Assembly: GCF_009914755.1 (NCBI RefSeq)
Contig: NC_060926.1
Origin: the human T2T-CHM13v2.0 reference genome, Homo sapiens
Direction: 5' to 3' (one strand)
DNA: 64,000 bases
This document shows, in pieces, positions 1 to 13,996 of this stretch (position 1 is its first letter; the number at the start of each line of letters is the position of its first letter). A program made the translations under genes and the position numbers. The notes under the pieces are model-generated. The model did not search any database. It was given only the letters and a program-made list of their open reading frames with translations, and was not told where the DNA came from.

Positions 1-200
1 TGGGTTTTAAGTAGGAAGAGGGATGTTGAAAAATCCAGAGGAATAATAAACAAGGCCTCGCCTTAGGCAAAGGTTCCCGTCGTCTTCTAAGATTCTAATG
101 ACTTCTAAGACTAAAATAATGACTTCCAACTTCCAAGGGGCCGCATGGAGCCCCAGCCCCCACAGCTTCGCACCCATGATGGGGGCTTCACCAGCTTTAA

Positions 201-666
<466 letters not shown>

Positions 667-1343
667 TGATTTGTCTTGTTTGTTTACTACCATCATCACA
701 AGCTTGCTTGCAGTTCTCAGGTTGTATATTGCTTTATACTAGGGATGTTAGCATGTGCTGATAACTCCAAGTAAGGTTAAAGGCCCTCCTGAAGCCAGTA
801 ATTAGACTTGGGAATGTCAAGAGAAACACATGCCTTTCAGTCATTTGCACATGAGCCTTTCTTCTTTGGTCATTGTCTTAGATATTCACTCCACAGAAGA
901 GAACTCCGAGAACAGCATCTGAATGCTTTGAATGTGGCGCTGCATCAGGGTCAGGCAGTGTAGTATTAGGAGACCAGTTTGGGTGCATGTAGCAGATCCA
1001 AAATAGCAGTGTCTTGCACAAGGTGGGTGCTTATTTCTTTCTCATGTAACAGTTTACAGTTTACAGATGACAGCCTTGACTGGGACAGCGACTCTTCTGT
1101 CCCTAGGGTATCACTGTCGTCCATGTGGTCCAGGATGGCTCTCTGCCACATTCACATTCCAAGGCAAACGATTTACAAGGAAGAAAGGCACCCCCTTCCC
1201 TATAAGGACATGTCCTGGAATTGGCACACATCACCTCCCCTCATGATCCATTGGCCAGAACTTAGTTATTTGACTGCCCCTAACTGCCGAGGGCTCTGGC
1301 AGATGTCATTATTCTGGGTGTCCCATTAAAAGTCAGGGGATCA

Positions 1344-1643
<300 letters not shown>

Positions 1644-4600
1644 GTCAGGGGATCTATCCTGCTAGAAGAAGGGGAGAATACACTGGTGACTGGTGCACAA
1701 CCGCCACGGCCAGGAAAGGAACATGAGAAGGTGTCCTAGTTCTTTCATTCTGAGCATGAGAGAATTCCAGGGTAATTTGCACCCCCTGAGCCCTCTCCCC
1801 TCCCCTGGCTGCCATCATCACTAGCAAGCATCTACCAAGCACCTGTTGAATGGAGGGCTGCCAGGACCAGATCACCAGGGCAATGATCTCCCTAAACCGC
1901 CTCCCCCACCTGACCCAGGCTAAGAATACAATCAGCATCCCCCCGCCAAACCCTGCCTAATGACTCCACCAGCTGCAGCAAATTTGCAGGAAGGGAAAAA
2001 GATGCCTTGATCATTTTGGAAGGAGCTAATCCCCCTGGTTTGGTTCAAGATAAATTGCATCCCAATCTGTATGGCAGTAAGTTCCATCGTGAATTCACTC
2101 TTTGGTTGAATTCAAAGAGACTGTCGTAGCCTTCCTCTCTCAACTCTTGCCCTCCTCTCCTCCCTTCTTCAAGCCTCCTTCCAATTCCAGTCCAGTGCGA
2201 GAAGCTGATGAATGGTACCCACTTGAGAGACGGGCTGCAGGGCAATGCCTCTTGGGCAGCGGGTCTGTGTGAGAGTGGGAGAGGCACAGAGTCCCATAGA
2301 TGCTCCAGGATCTGAGTGTTGAGAGAGGTGCTTTCCCTAAAAGCAAGAACTACCCCTTCATCCCCCATGACCCCCATGATCCCAGGTCACGGCTCTGGGA
2401 GCTGACAGTGGGCCAGAGCAGGAGACGCATGTAGGGAGAGTGCCCCTACCCTGGAGGTCCAAGGGCTCATGGGTAGCTCTGGGCTTTCTCCAGGTTTAGG
2501 GGAAGCTGGCCTGAGTCTCAGCTCCCCAGTGCCAGACTCCTGTGGTCTGGTGCCGGTGCTCTGGCCCGCAGTTGGAGGCCACCCCAGGTGTCTCCTGGGC
2601 AGACTTGGGGGGCTGGGGTGGGGTGGCCAGCGCTGTGGCTGAAGCGGGTGTTTATGATGAAGCCATAGTCCAGGGAGAAGCTGGCGCTCACCCTTGGTCC
2701 TACATGCTCCTCTACTCTTTGTCATCCTTCCTGCCCCCCTCCTGTCTTCATTCAGTGCCTTCTTCCCACGTCCTCCTCTTCCCTGGCTCCAGCTTTTTCT
2801 TCCCTCCTCCCAGCTTCCCGAGTCAGCGAGGCCACTCTCAGGACAGGCCCATGCAGCCCCTGACTGCCTTGTGCCCTCTAGGTCCCAGGGATGGAGGGTC
2901 TCAGACCAACCTGAGAACTCCCTGGAGACCTTTGGATTCCCTGTGTTGGCCTGGGCGTTCTCCATTCTAGTCCCCTTGATCTTCACTCTCCTTCCTCCCT
3001 TGCCCTCTCCCCACCTTCCTTCTTTTTCTGGGCATTTATATGCTCTGAGTGTCTGATGCTTATTTCCTTTGGGTCACCCAAATGGCCCCCACTGAGGGTC
3101 AAGGCTAGCCATGGTGAATTCTTTTGGGGGGACTAACCTATTTCTCTCCTGCCCTGTGGCTCACCTCTCTGAAGTCTGGGGGAGGGTCTCTGTAGGAAGC
3201 ACACTCACCTGGAGAAGCCCTAAGAGGCCTTGGGGGTGGGCCCAGGCTCTCTGTACCCTGCTCATTAGCACAGGGCCAGCCTGCGGGCAAGGCCCTCCCT
3301 GCAAAGGGGGTGTGGAAATAGCCCATGGAAAGTGGGCCCATCCCCCTGCCCGGGGTGGGAGAGCCTCGGCTTTGGCAGGAAGACTGGAACCAGCTCTGGG
3401 TGCAGGGTTAGACCAGGATGCCTCAAAAAAATAATAAAAGGGCCTCTTGCAAAGCTCCAGGGAACAGATGTTTTCCATTTGTAGCCTGCCGAGAGAAAGC
3501 ACAGAGGAGAGGGGGTGGAGAGAGATGGAGGGAAGAGGAGGAAAACCGGAGACAGACAAGCAAGAGAAGAGGTCAGGGGGTAGGCAGGAGGATGATGAGA
3601 GCAGAGGGAAAATCAGAAAGGGGAAGACAGCATGAAGGAATGGAGGGGCCCCTTGACGCTGAGGGTGCAGCAGGGGCACCGTGTGCCCAAATCTCTGACC
3701 CCTCCCCCCCATCCAGCCCCGTGTGCTGGATGATGACCTCGACAATGAAAATTCAAGGAAAATGTGGTGCCCTGGCCAGGGGATGCTGGGATGGATGTGG
3801 GCACCACTGGGTCCTGGCAGCCACGGCCAGGCTGGGAAGGATCAGGGCCGTGGGTGGATGCGGCGCCCCAGGGCTACTGCAGCTATCTGACCATGGCTAG
3901 CAAAGCGTCGAGCAGGAGCCGAAGGCATCTGCTCAGGGACACTGAGACTAGCAAGGGGCAGTGCATTGTCACCCCAGACCTTTGGGCCTGTGTGCAGGTC
4001 AGAGGCCTACCCTGGAGGCTGGCCCTGCTGGGCACTGTCTGCCAGGCTGCCAGAAGCCTTCAGGAGGCTTCCCTGCTTGGGCTCTGGTCTGTGTCTTCTG
4101 GTTTCCTGTCTAACTGGGAATGGAGCCCATCAGTGGAGCAGCCCTAACGGTTCTTCAGGGCGTGCTCTCTGGTGTGTGGCCAGCCCAGCAAGGCCCTGGC
4201 CTCTGGAAGAACCAGGGCCCCGAGGCAAGAGGGATTGGGATTGGGTGGGGTACCCTCTAATTAAAATCTGTTGATGTGAATACACTATGAGGGGTCCCCA
4301 AGGGAGGGACAAGGGGCAGCCTCTGGAGACAGCGCAGCAAGTTGTAAACAGCTTAATCAGCTGTGCCAGGGCCAAGTAGACCAGGGGAGTGGGGAGCTTG
4401 ACTCCTGGGCCCTCAGCTAAACTGAGCTTCTGGCGATGGAGGAAGCAGCCACCCTGCAAAAGTCACACCCACACACTTCCTTCTGCTTCTCCTCTCTCGT
4501 GACCCTGGGGGATTCTGCCACAGTGGAGCCCAGCCCATCTTCCTTGTCCTCTTAGTCCAAAGGCCTCTGCAGCCTTCAGGCTCCAGCTCCAATGCCTCCT

Positions 4601-5802
4601 CCCTCAGGAAGACTTCCCTGACCACACCAGCAGCATCGACCTAGCCCCTCTTGAGTGCCCATAACACTCAGATGTGGCACTTGTCATTCCACTGTCCTGG
4701 TCTCTGAAGTGGTTTAGTGGCTCAGCTGCTCCCACTCCTGTCCCCACTCTTTCTCCTCCTTGTGGGGAGACCAGGCACATAGTCAGTACTCAAAAGTTGT
4801 ATGTTAAGCACTCAGTTATGAGGGCAGCCTGTTCAGATGCCCCAGCAGCAGCTCAACAGCAAAGCGGAGAGGGAGAGCTGAGGCTGAGAGAGCCAAATCT
4901 CTGACCCCTCCCCCTACCAGCCATCTGCCCCTGGGTTCAAAGACCCCATTTCCTCTGCTCTCTGCCTTGGGAATCTCCATTTCAGGCTGTCCCCAGGGAC
5001 TAGAGCCCGCATTTCTCTCCCATATCCAGGAAGCCTGGCTTCTCTGTGTTTAATTCTCTGATCCTCCCAAGTTCTCATCTCCACTAGAGAAAAACCAGAG
5101 TCCTCTCACTCAGAAAGCGTTGTATTTTAGGATGTGGCAGGCTACTCGGGTTGCACAATGAACCTTAGGCAATGCTCGTGCTAAGTACCCCAGTGCCTGT
5201 GTTGCAGTCAAGGTTTTAGTTAGGCCTCTCCTGCTGCCTACTGGGACAGGAAGAGGGAATGTCTGGGCCTGGTTTCTCCACCTCTTTCTGGGAGCTTCCC
5301 TTGGGCATCTCTGTTCTCTATCCCACCCCAGACATAATCTGAACTAGGGTAACCTCAGCTGTCAGCTTTTGCTAGGCAGGGTTCTTGGCAAAACCACAAG
5401 TCAGACTCTGCTGGCCCTTCTGCGTTCCTCATCTGTGTCTTGATCCTTCTGTGCCTTCAGCATAGGCTCAGCCCCAGGAGTGGGCAGCCAAGCCTGGGGG
5501 CTGCTTTGGACAAAGGCTGAGTGCCCAGTGAGGCCGAAGAGCCGCGTCTCCTAAAGTGCCTACCGTGGGGTGTGCCTGTGCCACGTGGGTCTGAAATGTG
5601 TGTGTGTGGGGGCTGGCCTGGGTTGGAGAAACTGCCCCATTTCCTACTCCTCTGGTTGCAGGACAGATCCTCCCCTGCCTGCTGGCCCAAAGGGGTGTGT
5701 GTCTGCTTTGGAGGGAGGCCACAGAACTGCTTGGGAGTCCAGCCCTGGCTTTGCCCTTTCTCAGTGAGGGAATGGAGTGGGGTCCTCACCTCCTAAGCCT
5801 GC

Positions 5803-6111
5803 TTTTTTTTTTTTTTTTTTTTTTTTTTTTTGAGATGGAGTCTCACTCTGTCGCCCAGGCTGGAGCACAGTGGCGCGATCGCAGCTCACCACAACCTCCG
5901 CCTCCCAGATTCAATCAACTCTCTGCCTCAGCCTCCCAAGTACCTGGGACCACAGGCACCCACCACCATGCCCAGCTAATTTTTTTGTATTTTTACTAGA
6001 GACGGGGCTTCACCATCCTGGCCAGGCTGGTCTTGAACTCCTGACCTCGTGATCTACCCGCCTTGGCCTCCCAAAGTGCTGGGACTACAGGCGTGAGCCT
6101 GTAGCCCAGCC
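5803..6111 (-). mobile_element. Alu (S-type)
   Basis: PolyT followed by a reverse-complement Alu dimer. Confidence 0.9.
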
Positions 6112-6670
6112 ACCTGCATTTTTTAAGTATGGATTATAGCACCTGCCTGCTTCCAAGACTTGCTGTCAGGATTAATGAGAAAATGTTTCCCAAACCTGGT
6201 GGGGCTTGGCCCATCAGCTCTCCATCAGGGCAGGGGTGGTTTCTGTAGCTGTTACCAACACTGCCTGGTTTGTGCCCTCCTTTGCCCCTGAGCTGCTTCT
6301 CCCTCATCCTCCCACCCCATCCTTGGCAGGGTCATTTGGTTCTCCCTGGCTCTGAGCACACGCCTACCTTCAGTCAGCCCCTGCCTGGGAGACCAAGGGG
6401 CCCAAAGAGAGCTCCCTGGTCTGCTTCCATCCCCTTCTCCCTGGACATGCAATGAACAAAGTGAAGGAACACTGAAAAAGAGGCTGGAGTCACCTGAGCA
6501 AGCTCTTAGCTCAGGGGACGCCACATCCCCACGCGAGGTTCTGAAGTCAGACAGCCCAGTGCAAACCCTGTCTTCACCACTTACTCCCACTGTGGCCTTA
6601 GTCCCATGCCTTGACCCCTCTGTGCCCAGTTTTTGCCCCTCTAAAGTGGGGTAATAAAAGTACTTGTGCA

Positions 6671-7285
6671 AGGTGCGGTGGCTCATGCCTATAATCTCGG
6701 CATTTTGGGAGACTGAGGTGAGAGGATCTCTTGAGCCCAGGAGTTCAAGACCAGCCTGGGCAACATGGCGAAACCCCATCTCTACAAAAAAATACAAAAA
6801 TTAGCTGGGCGTGTTGGCACATGTCTGTAGTCCCAGCTACTCTGGAGACTGAGGTAGGAGGATTGCTTGAGCCCAAGAGGTCAAGGCTGCAGTGAGGCCA
6901 GGCACGGTGGCTCACGCTTGTAATCCTAGCATTTTGGGAGGCTAAGGTGGGCAGATCACTTGAGGCCAGGAGTTCGAGACCAGCCTGAGCCCCTCTACCA
7001 AAAATACAAAAATTAGCCAGGCGTGGTGGTGCGTGCCTGTAACCCCAGCTACTCAGGAGGCTGAGACAGGAAAATCACTTGAACCCAGGGGGCAGAGGTT
7101 ACAGTGAGCTGAGATCACGCCACTGCACTGCAGCCTGGACAACAGAGGGAAACTCTTTTTCTAAATAAATAAATTAATTTTTTTTAAAAAAAAGGCTGCA
7201 GTGAGCCATGGTCATACCAGTGCACTCCAGCCTGGGTAACAAAGGAGACCCTGTCTCAAAAAAAACAAAAACAAACAAACAAAAA
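6671..7285 (+). mobile_element. Alu (J-like) interrupted by a nested Alu (S-type, 6896-7191)
   Basis: The outer Alu breaks after AAGGCTGCAGTGA (6883-6895) and resumes with the same 13-mer at 7192-7204. Confidence 0.88.
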
Positions 7286-7517
7286 ATGCTTGTTCTACAG
7301 GGTTTTTGTGAGCATTAACTGGGACGATCTTGGTGCCATTGACTGGCACTTAGCAAGGTGCCTGACACAGAGGAAGCACTCAGAAACCGTTACCTAGTGT
7401 TCCCACTACATCCTATAGTCAGTGTGTCCCATGCTGTGATTTGGTGGGATAGAGTTTGTCACCTAAGACTAGTTCCCTGGCTCTGAGGATGCAGGGAGGG
7501 GGTCAGGATGCCTCTGA

Positions 7518-7958
<441 letters not shown>

Positions 7959-10900
7959 TAGACACAGGCCATTTCCCTTCAATCAGGGTCTGTGTTGATG
8001 ACAAAATCTAGAAGGTTTGGTTGATACTCTTTGTGACTTCCTTTTGCTGTAGGCTTCCGCAAAGGGATCTAGCCCCAAAAGGCTCTCATTGTTAACCATC
8101 AGACCCTTGCCCTGAAGGCTAATCCAGACTCTAGGTGGTTACCAAAATGCTTTTCTTTCTGGGAGTCCCCAGACCCTCCCTGTCTCCTCCATTTCCAAGG
8201 AGTTCCACATCTCTTTGGTGGGATTCAGGGGGTTTTCTGGGGTGGGCTGTCATGTCAGACCTGTCTCAAGCACACACTGAGAATGGTCCCTGGGGTGCTA
8301 AGAGGATCCAGTAGCCCCTGGTCCTCATTCATGGGCTCAGGACTTGGGTGTCCAGGGCACAGTGGCCTCCCTGTGGGAAGCTCAGAGGCTGGGGAGCAGG
8401 ATGCTGATACTCTTGTCCTGGCCTTACCTCTACCTGGTGATCATGGGTAAATCAGCCACCTTCTCTGAACCTTAGTTTTAATTATCTGTCCGGTGGATAT
8501 CCTCTGGTCCAGGCAACATTTATTGAGCACCAGCTCTGACAGGTGATATACTAGACCCTATAGATTATCATTTTTTCCTGCTTTCCTTTGCTGCTTCCAG
8601 AGAACATGTATCCGGATAAATATAGTGATCTGGAAGCTTGCAAGCCTGCATCTGCACAAGTGATTTTTGAAGGATAATCTAGGAGCCCACAGTTAGCAAC
8701 AATCTTTCCCTCTTAGGGTCTGGGTTCCACCTTGGATGTCCCCCCTGTGAGAGAGTGTTAAGGAGAACAGCCATTAGGGTATCCCTGACGTCTTCTGGCA
8801 CGTAGAGAGCACAGAGGCATCAGGAGAATGGCTCCAGATGGCTGAAGAGTTGGCATTGCCAAAAGGGGGCTGATTTGTCCGTGAGGAGAAGCTACAGGGA
8901 GTTAGATTTCAGCCATGTCAGGGAAAACGTTGTAACTCCTAGCATAGTCTAGGCACATACTCAGTAATCATCTGGTGAGAGTGTTGCCGAGAGAATGCAA
9001 CGTCATGGGGAGGAGCCAGACCAGGTCATCTTCATCAGGTCCTTTCCAACCTGACAGTCCTTGAAAAGGAAATACAAAAGAAATTCCCAGCTCAGCTATT
9101 ACTCCCGCTGCCTGATTTCTATAGATTTCTAACTTAGGTCTGTGTGAATGTTCAGCCTCAAATGAAGAAAGCCCGTGCAGCCACCATACACCCTTGTCCA
9201 TGTTCCTTCCCACATGGCTGCATTGCCTTCCAGTCAGCTCAGCAAATGTTTGCTTTCTGCAAGAGGCTTCCTCCTTCCTCCCTCAATTTAGACATTAGCT
9301 TCTCTGATAAATGCCTCGCCAGAGGTCACATCCAGAAACTTGATTAGGGCAGTGGGAGGGAGGGTGTGGGCTATATCATTGGGCCTGCAGCCAGGCAGAG
9401 ATGTCTGCCTTCCACTGTGTTCACGGATATAAGCCTGCAGGCTCAGCCCTGAAAACCCAACAGAATCCAATAACAAGTACAATTTGGAAGTAACAGTGTA
9501 CCATTTTTCATTTATGCTTATTATTGTTTGTAGCTATTTTCCTGAAATTGAAGCAGTTTCCAAGGGTAGGTTTCCATGGTTACTGAATAGCCATCCAGAG
9601 TGGCTCCCTGCAGATGTTTCTGAAATGGTCCCTTTTTCCTTCCTGGGGTGCCTTGCTGATTTGATGAAATTAGAGCAAGTCAGAGCCAGGCCTGCCCTCT
9701 TTTAAAGTTACAAGCAACCAGAGGGGCAGTCGGCTTCTGCGTGGGCAGCCCATCCCGTCTACAGGCTCTGTTCCTGCCAGCATCCCACACATATGCATAA
9801 AGAATAGCAAATGTTCAGCCTGGGGAAGATTTGCTAAGCGCTCATTTTCTAAAGACATTTGAACACTTTAGTGAGTCGATCTCAAGTGTTCACAGATCTA
9901 AGTGTCTTCCCTGTGCTGGCCTGAGGCTCAGGACATCTGGGATCTAATCCTGGCTCTGGCCCTGATCCACTTGGGGGACTTAGGAAAAGACACATTTAAC
10001 TTGCATGCTCCTGGTGTCCCCTTTTGTACATAATAATCCTCGTTCCTGGGCCATAGTGTTGTTCTAATCAAATGAGGTGATGCATGTGAAAGTGTAAATA
10101 TGTGCAGTGCAATCCCAGAGACGGCAAAGCACAGCATGGAGTATCTCACCCCCCTTCAGTCCCTCACCAGTGTCAGACATTGCTAAGCAATCACAGCACC
10201 TTTTTCCCACTGAGCAAAGATGTGATCTTGGAATCTTTTTCAACGTGAAACAACATGATAGGAACTACTAGCTGTCATTCTAGGTCAGTTTCACATTTAT
10301 GTAAGGGATTCATTGTAAAAATAGTAGAGGAAAGATGTCCATCAGTCATCTGAGCCTTTGTGAACTCTGGAGGTTGGTACAGCCTTAGATAATTACCAAG
10401 AGAGGAATGTGGAAGGTATCCCTGCTGTGGAGTCAGGGCAGGCCCCCAGGGAGGACACTCTGGCCTTACCATGCCACTGTGACTTTATGAGGACGTTGGC
10501 CTCTGATCAGTACAAGGGGAAGGAGAGCCTTCCCTCCCCTGAGGGCGCAGCCACCCACAAGCCTGGGCTGGAGCGAGCCCTCTGAGGTCGTGGGTGAGTC
10601 CCACTCCCTGAGGTCTGGAAAGTGGTCGGTGGAGGTATTCTTAGTGTGCTGTGTGGGTGCTGGGTTTGGCCCTGTAGTCCTTGGAGTGGGATTGGCAAGT
10701 GCCAAGAGGCTGAAGAAAGCCCACTGGGAGTTGAAGACTTTGCTCTTAGGGGCTGGGGACCCCATGTTTCTAAGAATATAAGTTTTGGCCAAGAGCAGAT
10801 TCTCTACTCTCCCTGTCCCCCTGTCGGTGCCCTAGATGCAATAAGGGATGTTTCTGTGGTTCTAGCCCTGCTCTGGGTTCAGCTTAGGGTTTTCTACCCA

Positions 10901-11624
10901 GACCAGGCAGGAAGGAGATGCCACCTTGGCAGTTCTCTGCTAGGCAAGAGAACCAGCGGAATTTGTCCCAAGTTTGTCCATCAGGCTCTGGTCCTGCTGG
11001 CTGCCGTCTGTGCCAGGCTCAAGGATGGCCAGGGGCCTCCGGGAAACTGGCAAGTGTAGAAAGAAAAAGAAGTGTGCTCTCTGCAGTGGAAATGAAATCA
11101 CAGGAGCAGGTCCTGACAGTCTGCCAGTGTGGTCCCAGACTTCTCTCCAGTAGCTGGAAATCCCACTCAGCTGGGGTATTCAGAACTGAATTCACTGGCA
11201 GAAAATTCTAGCCAAGAAGGGGAAGACTGAACTTTGCCTGCCTGCCAATGGGGAAACGTGAGAAGGAAGGCAGAGGCCCTCCCAGAATGCGCAGGAGTCG
11301 CTGGTTGACACTGCTCTTCAGAGAGGGCTTCAAGGCTTGCCCAGGAAGGGACCCCCGGCAGCCTGCACTCCTCTTGGAGCTTATCTCTGCTCTGCCACCT
11401 CCCTGGATCCCCTCTGCACCAGGCACTTCCAAGGGCAGAAGAGGTACCTGAGGAAACCAGGGAGTCCCAACAGTGACTGGTGGAATGGTTGGGTCATTGA
11501 GAGCCCTCCCAGGAAGGGGGTTCCTTTGAAGTCACCTGACCTTCATGGTGGGAGGGTCATTGGTTGGTCATGAAGCTGAGATTAGAGCACCTCAGGGAAT
11601 GACTGGCTTGACTTGGTTTCCCAG

Positions 11625-12509
<885 letters not shown>

Positions 12510-13450
12510 GCAGCCCCTGAAGAAGGTCCTAGCCCTGGCCACAGAGCCACCCACTCTCCCTGCCCTCAGCTTGGCTAAGGAGAGTGTGGACACTTTGGTG
12601 CAGCTTGTCTGCACTGCAAGAGACAACTTGGACACCCTCAAGCATGAGTGGACAAGCGAGGTGTCTGGGTGGCACTCTGCCCTCTTCTCCCAGGGGCAGA
12701 CTCTGGAGAGGAGGAGTTTCCTGGTCCCTCCCCTTCCCCAGCCCCTCCCCTCCTCATGCTTTCTTCTTGGTGAGGGAGCTCCAGGCTCTACAGAACCTCT
12801 CCCTGTCAGGCACCCCAGCAGTAGTGGGGAGATGGCTCTGCATGAGCTTTGGCTAATTTGGTAATTCCTGGGATGCAGTTACTGAAGCATTCCTGGCATG
12901 TGACCCAGCTTCTTCTCTCCCCAAATGCCCCTGGAAAGACAGGAAGACAGTGTTGTTATCTGCATTCCTCTTGATGACAGAGTGACGATGAATGATTTCC
13001 CTTTATTGGTTCCCTCTTGCTGCCAGTGTGGAGCAGGCCGCCTCATTCTTTAAGTGGGTTTGCAGGATCAAGAGCGTGGGTATGGCCTCAGAGCCTCTCA
13101 TCCCTCACCCCAGGCTGTGGCATGAGGGGGCACATCTTAAATCCCCAGAAGCTCCCTACTGCCACCCCTGGTACCTCCCAAGGCGGGACCTGAGTCACTG
13201 AGGGCCAGAGCTCTGCCCATCCAAGCCCAGAGCCTTTTTAGGTGCTCTGGGACTCTAACAAGAAGGCTCTGGTCTCTAAGGCCAAAAGGATGAACTCTCT
13301 GGCCACACAGAGCTTCACCCATCACCCCCTCCGCCTGCTGGCTGGCCCTCTCCCCCATCATGGAGGGTTGGACCAGATATGAGAGGTGACAAACCTAAGA
13401 CAAGCAGCCCTGCGTTATGGGGGCGCTTGAGGGTTACTTTCCTCACTGGG

Positions 13451-13996
13451 TGTCTCAGTCCATTTTGTGTTGCTGTAACAGAATATCTGAGGCTGGGTAA
13501 TTTATTATTATATTTTGTTTTTATTTTTTGTAGAGACAAGGTCTCACTATGTTGCCCAGGTTAGTCTTGAACTCCTGGGCTCAAGGAATCATTCCGCCTC
13601 AGCCTCCAAAAGTGCTGGGATTACAGGCATGAGCCACCATGTGTGGCCTTTTTAAAAAATATATTTTTTATAGTAATTTACAATAAGCAGAAACTTTTTA
13701 TTTGGCTCACAGTTCTGGAGGCTGAGAAGTCAAAGATCGAGGGGCACATCTGGCGAGGGCCTTCTTGCTGCCTCATCCCATGGCGGAAGGTGGAGGGGCA
13801 AGAGAGTGTGAGAGAAGGGGAAGCCGAACTCATCCTTTTACCAGGAACCCCCTCCCAAGATAACAGCATCAATCCATTCAGGAGGGCAAAGCCCGCCTGA
13901 CCTCATCACCTCTTAAAGGTCTCACACTTCAATTCTGCTGATTGAGGCTTAAGTTGCTAACACATGAATTTTGGGGGACACATTCAATCCATAGCA
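13451..13996 (-). mobile_element. MaLR (MST-type) solo LTR containing an Alu monomer (about 13503-13648)
   Basis: Ends TGTCTCAGTCC...CCATAGCA with near 5-bp TSD CTGGG/CTGGC and the typical GGCTCACAGTTCTGGAGGCTG motif. Confidence 0.75.
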
